Origin: Elusimicrobiota bacterium
Lineage (GTDB): Bacteria > Elusimicrobiota > Elusimicrobia > UBA1565 > UBA9628
Direction of reading: 5' to 3'
Assembly: GCA_030696455.1 (NCBI GenBank)
Contig: JAUYSH010000110.1
Coordinates: 3,794 to 67,793 of the forward strand
Length of the DNA stretch: 64,000 nt
Both the position numbers and the translations under genes were made by a program. The stretch's first letter is position 1. Every line of letters starts with the position of its first letter. The notes below the pieces were generated by a model. It saw only the letters and a program-made list of their open reading frames with translations, searched no databases and was not told where the DNA came from. Below, piece by piece: positions 18,756 through 26,908 of the stretch.

Positions 18756-20367
18756 GGCCGCGGTCGCCCTCTGGGCGCTGGGGGCGGCGGCCTTCTGGCT
18801 CGTCCCCGACCAGAAGCTCATCCGCGCGAAGCTGCTCGCCGTGCAGGCGGTCGTCCTGCTCGCCGGCGCGTTTCTGGCCTATCGGCGCGAGGGGCGCCGC
18901 TCCCCGCTCGACGTCCCCGTGGCCGCGCTCGCCGCGGCGGGTCTCCTCTTCTGGGCCTTGTCGCCCGATCTCTCCGTCTCGCAGACGGAGGCCGCGCGCC
19001 TGCTGTTCTGCGGGCTGGTCTTCTGGACGGCCGGGCGCTCCTTCGCCCTCACGGGCCCCGATTTTTTTCCGGCGGCCTGGAGCGCCGGAGCCGCGGCCGC
19101 GGCCGCGTGGGCGGTCTTCGAGGCGGCGGGCGGGGCGCCCCGGCCCTTCGCGAGCTTCGGCAACCCAATCTTCCTCGGCACGGCGCTGGCCTCGGCCCTT
19201 CCGATCTCGCTGGCCGCGGCGTGGGAGCCGGGCCGGCGCCGCGGCTGGTGGGCGGCGGCCGCCGCCCTGCAGGCCGCCGGGCTGCTGCTGACGCACTCGC
19301 GCGCCGCGGTGTTCGGCCTCCTGGCGGGGCTGACGCTGTGGGCTCTGGCGCGCCTGCGCGGGCGAATGCTCGCGGGGGCCCTCGGCGCGGCCGCCGCTCT
19401 GGCCGGCGCCGCGGCGTGGGCGTTTCAGGCGCGCGAATGGACGCACGCCTTGATCTGGCGCGACGCGCTGTCCTTATGGCGCGCCCACCCGCTGCTCGGC
19501 TGCGGCCTCGGGCGCTTCCATCTCGAGTTTCCGGCCTTCGCCTCCGAGGCGCTGAGGGCGCGCTGGCCCGAGGGCAAGGTCATCGTCAACTTCGCCCACA
19601 ACGAGTACCTCCAGACCTTGGCCGAGACCGGGCCGCTCGGTCTGGCGGCGCTCGCCGGCGTGCCCGTCGCCGCCTGGGCGCTGCTTCGCCGCGACGACGC
19701 GGCGGACGGGCGCCTCGCCCGGGGCGCGGCCGCGGCGGGCGCCTTGTCCCTGTTCTCGGCCGCGCTGGTTTCGCCGGACCTGCGCTTCGGCGCCTCGGCC
19801 TTCGCCGCCTTCGCTTTGCTCGCGGCGGCGTTTCCCGCCCGGACGGGCGGAGCGCCCGCGCCGGCGGCCGTCACGGCGGCCGTCCTGCTTTTCTTCCTCG
19901 CCCTCGCCGTCCAGCCGGCCCTCGCCGTGCGGCGCAACGCGCGGGAGGCGCCCTTTCACGCCGGGGCCGACGCGGCGCTCCTGCGCGCGGCCGGAGACCG
20001 CCTCGCCCGCGCCCCGCGGGACGCGGACGCGGCCGAGGCGCTCGGATTCCTCAAAGCGAAGGCCTCGGATTTCGACGGGGCGCGGGAGGCCTTCGCCCTC
20101 GCCGCCGAGCTCGACCCGTCCCGCCCCGGCCCGCTGAACAACCTGGGCAATCTCGCCTACCTCGCGGGCGACTTCGACGCGGCGATCGCCTGGTGGGAAA
20201 AATCGCTCGCCGCCTCTCCCGGGCAGATCGACTCGCGGCTGAACCTCGCCAAGCTTCTCTGCGAAAAAGGACGCCTGAAGCAGTGCTCGGTCCATTTGGA
20301 AGAAGTTTTGAGGGCGGAGCCTTCGAACGCGAAGGCCCGGGTGTTGTATAAGAAGATGGTCGAATGA
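18748..20367 (+). CDS. O-antigen ligase/oligosaccharyltransferase-family membrane protein with C-terminal TPRs
   Basis: SFGNP, LTHSRAA, HPLLGCGLGRF, AHNEYLQ..AETG; TPR-like NNLGNLAY. Confidence 0.85.
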   Translation: MPKAAVALWALGAAAFWLVPDQKLIRAKLLAVQAVVLLAGAFLAYRREGRRSPLDVPVAALAAAGLLFWALSPDLSVSQTEAARLLFCGLVFWTAGRSFALTGPDFFPAAWSAGAAAAAAWAVFEAAGGAPRPFASFGNPIFLGTALASALPISLAAAWEPGRRRGWWAAAAALQAAGLLLTHSRAAVFGLLAGLTLWALARLRGRMLAGALGAAAALAGAAAWAFQAREWTHALIWRDALSLWRAHPLLGCGLGRFHLEFPAFASEALRARWPEGKVIVNFAHNEYLQTLAETGPLGLAALAGVPVAAWALLRRDDAADGRLARGAAAAGALSLFSAALVSPDLRFGASAFAAFALLAAAFPARTGGAPAPAAVTAAVLLFFLALAVQPALAVRRNAREAPFHAGADAALLRAAGDRLARAPRDADAAEALGFLKAKASDFDGAREAFALAAELDPSRPGPLNNLGNLAYLAGDFDAAIAWWEKSLAASPGQIDSRLNLAKLLCEKGRLKQCSVHLEEVLRAEPSNAKARVLYKKMVE

Positions 20368-21776
20368 TCGCCGCCCTCGCCGCCGTCCTGCTCCTGGCCT
20401 GCGCGCCCGCCCGCGCGTCCGCCCCGTCCGGCCCGACGCTCGAGGTCGAGGCGCGCGCGTTCCACCCCGGCGAGCTCATCCTCCTGAGCGTCGCCGGCCA
20501 CGACGCCAAGGCCCCGCCGGAAGCGTCGCTGAACGGCCTCGCGCTGGAATTCTTCGCGGGCCCCGCGACGGGGACCTGGCTCGCCTTCGCCGGCCTCGAC
20601 CTCGATTTCTCGACGGGTCCGGCCACGCTCGAGACCGCGCTGCGCGCCCCCGGAGGCAGGCCGGCGCGCGCGAGCCGGACCCTGCACGTCGTGGACGCGG
20701 GCTTCCCCGTCGCGGAGCTCTCGGTCAATCAGAAATTCGTCACGCCCGACAAGAGCGACGCCGAACGCGCCGAGGCCGAGGCCGCCCGGCTGCACCAGCT
20801 GTTCTCCAAAACCGAGGCGAAGCGCCTGTTCGACGGCACGTTCGCCTCGCCGATCCCGGGCGCCCCGACGGCGCGCTTCGGCGAACGCCGCCTGTTCAAC
20901 GGCCAGCCGCGCGCGCCGCACTCCGGCATGGACCTGCGGGCCAAAACGGGCGTGCCGGTGCGCGCCCCGGCCGCCGGGAAGGTTCTGCTCGCCGACCCGC
21001 TTTTCTACGCGGGCAACACCGTCATCCTCGACCACGGCCTCGGCCTGACCTCGCAGTACGCCCATCTCTCCCAGATCGGGGTCAAGCCGGGCGACATGGT
21101 GAAGAAAGGCCAGGTCATCGGCAAGGTCGGGGCGACCGGACGCGTCACCGGACCGCACCTTCACTGGGCCCTTAAATTCCGCAAGGCCCGCGTCGACCCG
21201 TTCTCGCTCGTCTACTTCGACCTGGACGCGAGGCTCAAGGCCCGGCCCGCCGATCCGCTGAAGCGCTCGGAGCTCTGCGGCCTACCGGAACTGCCGCCCG
21301 CGCGGGGCTGGAGCAAGGCCTCGGGCGGCCTGCGCGCCCGGGCGCGCCCCGCCAAGACCGTCTTCGCCCCCGGAGAGATCGTCTCGCTGCTCGTCGAGAT
21401 CCAGAACCCGGGCAAGAAGGCGGCTTTCGTGGATTTCGTGCGCGACGCGGCGCTGCGCCCCCTCGTCCTCGGCGTCGGCGAGAGCCTGCGGGCCTACGAG
21501 ACGCTGCCGTCGTCGAGCACGGCCTCGGGCGCGCTCACGGAGCAGGTCAAGATTCCCCCCGGCCGAACCCTGTGCTTCGAGCAGAACCGGACCGCCGAGG
21601 GCCCTCTGCTGGCGCTCGAGACCACGAGCTACGCCCTGGCCTACGGGACCGAGTTCCTTTATCCCTCGACCTCGACCGTGCGCGCGGGCCTCTGGCGCGG
21701 CCGCCTCGCCCTCCCTCCGGTCAAGGTCTCCGTTTCGACGGGGCCGGCGGAATCTCCTTCGCCCGAATCTCCGTAA
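20364..21776 (+). CDS. M23 metallopeptidase with C-terminal extension
   Basis: HSGMD, YAHLS, GATGRVTGPHLHW. Confidence 0.92.
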   Translation: MIAALAAVLLLACAPARASAPSGPTLEVEARAFHPGELILLSVAGHDAKAPPEASLNGLALEFFAGPATGTWLAFAGLDLDFSTGPATLETALRAPGGRPARASRTLHVVDAGFPVAELSVNQKFVTPDKSDAERAEAEAARLHQLFSKTEAKRLFDGTFASPIPGAPTARFGERRLFNGQPRAPHSGMDLRAKTGVPVRAPAAGKVLLADPLFYAGNTVILDHGLGLTSQYAHLSQIGVKPGDMVKKGQVIGKVGATGRVTGPHLHWALKFRKARVDPFSLVYFDLDARLKARPADPLKRSELCGLPELPPARGWSKASGGLRARARPAKTVFAPGEIVSLLVEIQNPGKKAAFVDFVRDAALRPLVLGVGESLRAYETLPSSSTASGALTEQVKIPPGRTLCFEQNRTAEGPLLALETTSYALAYGTEFLYPSTSTVRAGLWRGRLALPPVKVSVSTGPAESPSPESP

Positions 21777-22497
21777 GCCCGCCGGCGGGCCTTCCCTCGG
21801 CGTCGCGCAGCGAGGCGAGGGCCTGGACGAAGGTGTCCAGGGACACCCAGTACGGCTCGTACCATTTGCGGTCGGTCTCGAAAATGAGAACCGCGTCGCG
21901 CGCGGCGTCGAAGGCGCCGACCGGCGCGTACACGCCGACGGCCCCCTCGGGATCTCCGGTGAAAACGCTCTGCTTGTACAACGCGATCAGGAAGTCCCCG
22001 TCGAAGCGCTCATTGTCGGCCAGGATTCTCCGCACCGACGCGACGGCGGCGGCGTCCGAGCCCGCGACCGGGATCGTCCGAACCGACGCGCTCACGCCGT
22101 AGGTGGAAAGGCTCGACTCGAAGAGGGCGCCGAACGCCGCGAGGTCCACGCCCGCGGGCTTTTCGCCGGCGAGGCGATCCGCCCAGCCCCGCTCGGCCGT
22201 CGCCCTCAAGAGGGCCTCCTCGGTGATCAGCTCATCGGCGCTCGAATAGCGGAAGCCTTGCCTCAGCGCGTTGAGCACCATGGCCGCGCTCGCCGCCGAG
22301 GCGGAGTGCGGGCCGCGCATGCCCTCGTAATACGGCATCAAGGCCCAAAAGTCGGGCGCGGGCGCGGAGCGGATGTGCGCGGGAGCGCGCTTCAGCGCAA
22401 CCGCGAGAGGCTTCTCCTCCGGGGCGTACTTCGGGGAAAATTCCCCCGCCGCCGCGTTCCCCGCGAGGGCCAGAACGGCGAGCGCCGCGAATTTCAT
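21721..22497 (-). CDS. Exported phytochelatin-synthase (C83)-like protein with catalytic residues substituted
   Basis: PDFWALMPYY, ASAAMVLNAL, PVGAFD, DRKWYEPYWVS. Confidence 0.75.
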   Translation of the reverse strand: MKFAALAVLALAGNAAAGEFSPKYAPEEKPLAVALKRAPAHIRSAPAPDFWALMPYYEGMRGPHSASAASAAMVLNALRQGFRYSSADELITEEALLRATAERGWADRLAGEKPAGVDLAAFGALFESSLSTYGVSASVRTIPVAGSDAAAVASVRRILADNERFDGDFLIALYKQSVFTGDPEGAVGVYAPVGAFDAARDAVLIFETDRKWYEPYWVSLDTFVQALASLRDAEGRPAGGLTEIRAKEIPPAPSKRRP

Positions 22498-24413
22498 TCG
22501 CCGGCGCTCTCGCGCCCGGCGCGCGAGAGACGCCAACCGACGAAGAGCGTCGCGGCGGCGAAGGCCGTCATGATCCCGGCGAGCGCGACGAACCCCGCGG
22601 CGCCCGCGAGCCCCGTGAACAGCCCCCCGAGCGCGAGCGAGAGCACGAAGGACGCGAACATCGCCAGGAAGCGGTTGATGCCGGCGACCTTGGCCTTGGC
22701 GCCGGCGGCCGTCTGGGACTGGAGGATGGTGACCAGGCCCACGGTCGGCACGGCCCAGGCCGCGCCGAGCGGAATCATCAGCAGCTGCGCGAGATAGAGC
22801 GGAACGGACAAGCCGAAGATCGAGAACACCGCGAGGGGGGCCGTGCCGAGCAGCGCCCAGAACGAGAGGGTCGCCAGGCCCATCGCCGCCAGGCTCCAGC
22901 CCATCTGCCGCAGAAGGGCCCGGGCCTTGCGGGCCTCTCGGCCTCCCGCCGGCGTCAGGGCGCCGTCTTTCTCGATGCGCTTGGTCAGCCGCAGCTGCAG
23001 CAGCGCGCCGAGGACCCCTCCCCCCGCGAAGAGCCCGGTCATCACGGAGGTGATCTGCGCGGCCGACCCTCCCGAGGCGGCCGCGGCGGCGGCCCCGAAG
23101 GCGGGCCCGGCCAGGAAGTAGAGCGACATCATGACCACGGTGACCAGCGCGAAGCCCAGCACGGACCAGCGCAGGGCGGGCGTCGCGGCGATGGTCCCCA
23201 GGGTCCGGCGCCAGCCGTCGGTCTTCTTGACGACGCCGGCCCGGGCCATCACGAAGCGCGTCGCGCGGCCGCGCAGAGCGAGCAGGCCCCCGACGGTCGA
23301 AAGGGCGAAGAGAGCGGGGTAGGCCCAGAACACCGAGCCGTAGCTCCACACGGCGATCGCCATCCCGGCGGCCAAGGGCCCGAGCAGGCCGGCGGCGTCG
23401 ATCGCGATCTGACGGCGCACGCCGAACCGGTTGAGCCGCCCCGGGTCGTCGCCGAGCCAGCGCGGGGCGAGCGCGTCGAGGGAGACGTAGTTCATGTAGT
23501 GCAGCACGAAGTCCGCGGCGAACAGGCCGACCAAGGCCGCGGCCGGCAGCAAGCCCGTCGCGTAAAGCCCGGCCAAGGCCGCGGTCACGGCCACCCGCGC
23601 GCCGAGCGTGCCGATGTAGGTGCGCTCCGGCCCGAACTTATCCGAAGACCAGCTGCCGAGAAGGCTGCCGGCGGCCAGCGCGATCGAGGAGGCCGCGGAA
23701 ACCGCGGCCATCGTTCCGTAGCCGAAGGCGCCGAGCGCGAACTGCGGAACCGCCAGGCTCATCGCCTCGACGCCGAGCTGGATGAGCGCGACATTGCCCA
23801 GGATGAACCATAAGGACGAGGAAAGAGACCGGCCCGCGCGTGCCGGCTCCTTCACGGCGGGAGGCTCGGCGCGGCGGACGGGCTCGACGGCGCTCGCGGC
23901 GGAAAGCCGCCCGGCGCCCGCTCCGAAGGCGCCGGCCGCGGGGCTCGCATCGAATTCGAAGCCGCGGTCGACGGCGTGCGCCCGGACGGACTCGGCGAAG
24001 CCGGCGCCGGGGACGCGAGAGAATTCCGGGCTCGAGAGGCCGGCCGCGCCGGGAACGCGGACGGCCGGACGAACGAGCGGGAGCGCTTTGGACGGCGCCG
24101 CCGCCGGGACGGCCTTGACCGCCGCGATCCGGCTGGGAGAGGCCGCCCGCGCCGCGGCGACGACGGCCGCGCGTTCGAGCGGAACGGGCGAGCCGGACGC
24201 TTGGAGCGACGGAGCGGAGAGAGTCGCGAGCGAGGGCGCGAACGACGGCGACGCCGCGGTCAGCGGTCGCACGACGGAAGCGCCCGCGGCCGAGGAGCCC
24301 GGCGCGGAAAGAGGGGCGACGACCCGGGCCGCCTGGCCCCACGCCGGCCACGGCGCGAGGGCGACGGCGAGCGAGACGGCGAAGGCCGACGCGCGGCGAA
24401 CGCGGGAGCTCAT
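22494..24413 (-). CDS. MFS transporter with long Ala/Pro/Ser-rich N-terminal extension
   Basis: GSWSSDKFGPE (motif A-like), many TM helices; about 195-aa low-complexity leader. Confidence 0.8.
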   Translation of the reverse strand: MSSRVRRASAFAVSLAVALAPWPAWGQAARVVAPLSAPGSSAAGASVVRPLTAASPSFAPSLATLSAPSLQASGSPVPLERAAVVAAARAASPSRIAAVKAVPAAAPSKALPLVRPAVRVPGAAGLSSPEFSRVPGAGFAESVRAHAVDRGFEFDASPAAGAFGAGAGRLSAASAVEPVRRAEPPAVKEPARAGRSLSSSLWFILGNVALIQLGVEAMSLAVPQFALGAFGYGTMAAVSAASSIALAAGSLLGSWSSDKFGPERTYIGTLGARVAVTAALAGLYATGLLPAAALVGLFAADFVLHYMNYVSLDALAPRWLGDDPGRLNRFGVRRQIAIDAAGLLGPLAAGMAIAVWSYGSVFWAYPALFALSTVGGLLALRGRATRFVMARAGVVKKTDGWRRTLGTIAATPALRWSVLGFALVTVVMMSLYFLAGPAFGAAAAAASGGSAAQITSVMTGLFAGGGVLGALLQLRLTKRIEKDGALTPAGGREARKARALLRQMGWSLAAMGLATLSFWALLGTAPLAVFSIFGLSVPLYLAQLLMIPLGAAWAVPTVGLVTILQSQTAAGAKAKVAGINRFLAMFASFVLSLALGGLFTGLAGAAGFVALAGIMTAFAAATLFVGWRLSRAGRESAGE

Positions 24414-24496
24414 TGGTGTGATGCTACCACGCGTCCGCCGCGTTCGTGAGAGGAATTTCCCGCATCGCGGAGGGGCAATCGCACCACCTTCGCCGT

Positions 24497-24532
24497 GGGA
24501 CCTTCGACTCCCTTCGCTGGGTCCAAGGTCCC
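24497..24532. promoter_or_regulatory. Pair of inverted GGGWCC-N2-GGTCCC-like sites in a divergent promoter region
   Basis: GGGACCTTCGACTC and GGGTCCAAGGTCCC start 22 bp apart; 14-mer CTGGGTCCAAGGTC repeats at 63931. Confidence 0.45.
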
Positions 24533-24635
24533 CGGCGACGACCGCGCGTAATAATATCATCACGGGCCGGTCGCCTCGCCTCCATGGCGAGCGAGGCTTC
24601 TTCATGACATCATTACCGAGCCAAGGAGGATTGCC

Positions 24636-25013
24636 ATGCGAAAACACCTCGCGCGGACCCTATGCCTCACCTTGATAATGACGACGACCGCCCTGATCGC
24701 GAGCCCCGACAGGGGCTGGGCGAGCCTGGCGCCCTCGGGCATCGTCGCCGACGCCTCCGCCCCCGGCGCGGTCCGCGACGCGGACATGAAGGTGATCGCG
24801 ACCGCGCTCGAATCCAAGCTCCTGAGCGCCAAGCTCAAGGCCCTGGGGCTCGACGAGGCCGAGACGCAGTCGCGCCTGAGCAAGCTCTCCGACCGCGAGA
24901 TCCATCAGCTCGCCTCGAGCATCGACGCCGTGCATCCCGGCGGGCTGGTCGTCGAGCTGCTCGTCGTCGTCGTCCTGGTCCTGCTGATCGTCTACCTCCT
25001 GAAGAGGGTATGA
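24636..25013 (+). CDS. PA2779-family protein (signal peptide, GG motif, hydrophobic C-tail)
   Basis: RLSKLSDREIHQLA..PGG then LVVELLVVVVLVLLIVYLLKRV; SD AAGGAGG. Confidence 0.85.
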   Translation: MRKHLARTLCLTLIMTTTALIASPDRGWASLAPSGIVADASAPGAVRDADMKVIATALESKLLSAKLKALGLDEAETQSRLSKLSDREIHQLASSIDAVHPGGLVVELLVVVVLVLLIVYLLKRV

Positions 25014-25540
25014 GGCCGCTGGCGCTGGCCTTCGCCGGGCTCACGCTTCTCGCCGGCTGCGCGCACCGGGACGCGGGAGCGTCATGGGACGTCCCGCGGC
25101 TGGAGGTCCCCTTCTTCCCGGACGGCTCCGATCAGTGCGGGCCCTCGGCGCTGGCGAGCGTCCTGACGTACTGGGGGCGGCACGCCCAGCCCGCGGACCT
25201 GCGCCGGGAGCTCTATCAAGCGAAGCTGCGCGGGACCTTGCCCGTCGACCTGCTGCTCGCGGCGCGCGCGCGCGGCCTGAAGGCGGAGATGACCGGCGGG
25301 AGCCTCGAGACGCTGAGGGGCGAGATCGACGCCGGGCGGCCGGTGATCGCCTTCGTCAACTTCGGCTTCCGCTTCCTGCCCGTCGGCCACTTCATGGTCG
25401 TGACGGGCTACGACGACGCCCGGGGCGGCGTCATCGCCCATTCGGGAAAGCGCAAAAACGAGTTCCTGGCGTACCGGCGGTTTCAGCGGATCTGGGACAT
25501 GACCGGACGATGGGCGCTGCTGGCGTCCTTGCCCTCATGA
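25010..25540 (+). CDS. C39-like cysteine peptidase lipoprotein (PA2778-like)
   Basis: Lipobox LAGC; VPFFP..QCGPSALA; GHFMVVTGYD; HSG. Confidence 0.88.
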   Translation: MRPLALAFAGLTLLAGCAHRDAGASWDVPRLEVPFFPDGSDQCGPSALASVLTYWGRHAQPADLRRELYQAKLRGTLPVDLLLAARARGLKAEMTGGSLETLRGEIDAGRPVIAFVNFGFRFLPVGHFMVVTGYDDARGGVIAHSGKRKNEFLAYRRFQRIWDMTGRWALLASLPS

Positions 25541-26007
25541 GGCGCTTCGCCGCCGCCGCCCTCGCGCTGGCCTTGACCTCCTGCGCGGGCCTGCCGCGCG
25601 TGTTCCGGGCGGCCGACCCGCTCACCGCCCAGGAGCACGCCCGGCTCGGCGCCGCCTACGATTCGCAAGGGCTGACGGCGGCGGCCGAGCGGCAGTACCT
25701 GCGCGCGCTCGTCCTCGATCCCCGGCACACGGGCGCCTGGATGGCCCTGGGCAACGCCGCCTACGCGGCGGGGAAATACGGGAGGGCGGCCCGCCGCTAC
25801 CGGCGCGTGCTCAATCTCGAGCCGGGCCACCCCGGCGCCGCGAACAACCTCGCGATGGTCTATTTGGCGCAGAACCGGCGCCTGTCGCAGGCCCGCGTTC
25901 TCGCCGAGAGCGCGCTGGCGAACGCGGGGACGCTGCGGCCGCACATACTCGATACGCTCGAACAAATAGCGAAGCGGCAGGCCCGGCCGGCGCCTCCGGC
26001 CGACTAG
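25537..26007 (+). CDS. TPR lipoprotein
   Basis: Lipobox LTSC; TPR repeats; ATGA coupling. Confidence 0.85.
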   Translation: MRRFAAAALALALTSCAGLPRVFRAADPLTAQEHARLGAAYDSQGLTAAAERQYLRALVLDPRHTGAWMALGNAAYAAGKYGRAARRYRRVLNLEPGHPGAANNLAMVYLAQNRRLSQARVLAESALANAGTLRPHILDTLEQIAKRQARPAPPAD

Positions 26008-26834
26008 CGGACGACCGGGCGCCCCAGGACGCGCTGCACGTTGCGCGAAACGTCCATCTGCGGAAGCGTATGGACGAAGTAGCGGACGAGCCTCCCGTAA
26101 GGCACGTAGATCCGCACGAAGCGTCCGTCGCGGACCAGCCTTTCCGCGAGCCCCGGCTTGGCGCCGAGGAAAAGCTGAAACTCGAAGTCCGGCCGCGGGT
26201 ACAACGCGAGCTGGCGCGCCGCCTCCGCGACCACGCTCTCGTCGTGCGTGCCCAGCGCCGGCCGGGCGCTCCCGGCGATGAGCGGGCCGAGCAGGCGCTT
26301 CATGTTCGCGGTGACCTCATGCCAGGTGTCGAAGCGGTCGGCGCGGCTCTCGCGGAAGTAGCCCTTCACCAGGCGCACCGGGTGCCGCCCGCGCAGAAGC
26401 GCCATCAGGTCGTCCTCGGTGCGCCTCAGGTAGCTCTGCAGGCACACGCCGACGTTCTCGTGCTCGCGCCGCAGGCTCAGGAAGTCGTCGATCGTCCGGT
26501 CCACGTCGCGGGCGCGCTCCATGTCGATCCAGACGAAGGCCCCTCGCTCGCCGGCCCGCCGCGCGATCTCGGAGAGGGCGGCGCGGCAATTCGCGGGAGC
26601 CCAGCGCTGGCCGAGCTGGGAGGGTTTGACCGTCAGGTCGGCCTTGAGCCCCGCGGAATCGAGCGCCGGCAGTATCCCGAGAATACGGGACGCCTCCCGG
26701 TCGACGCCGCGAGGCCGGAAACGCAGCCCGGGCAGCAGCGCGACGCACGAGCGCATCCCGCCGCCGTCCAGACGCTTCACCGTGGCCGCGACGGCGTCGA
26801 GGGTCCGGCCTCCGTAATAGCGGGAAAAGATCAT
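26004..26834 (-). CDS. Monofunctional proline dehydrogenase
   Basis: VKPSQLG, WIDME, LQSYLRRT, RLVKGY, GTHD, EFQL, YVPYG. Confidence 0.88.
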   Translation of the reverse strand: MIFSRYYGGRTLDAVAATVKRLDGGGMRSCVALLPGLRFRPRGVDREASRILGILPALDSAGLKADLTVKPSQLGQRWAPANCRAALSEIARRAGERGAFVWIDMERARDVDRTIDDFLSLRREHENVGVCLQSYLRRTEDDLMALLRGRHPVRLVKGYFRESRADRFDTWHEVTANMKRLLGPLIAGSARPALGTHDESVVAEAARQLALYPRPDFEFQLFLGAKPGLAERLVRDGRFVRIYVPYGRLVRYFVHTLPQMDVSRNVQRVLGRPVVR

Positions 26835-26908
26835 GCCTAAGAATACATCAGGCTCTCCCGCGAGACCATGAAAGCGAGGTTCCAGCTGTTCGACGCTCTT
26901 GCGCCGGC

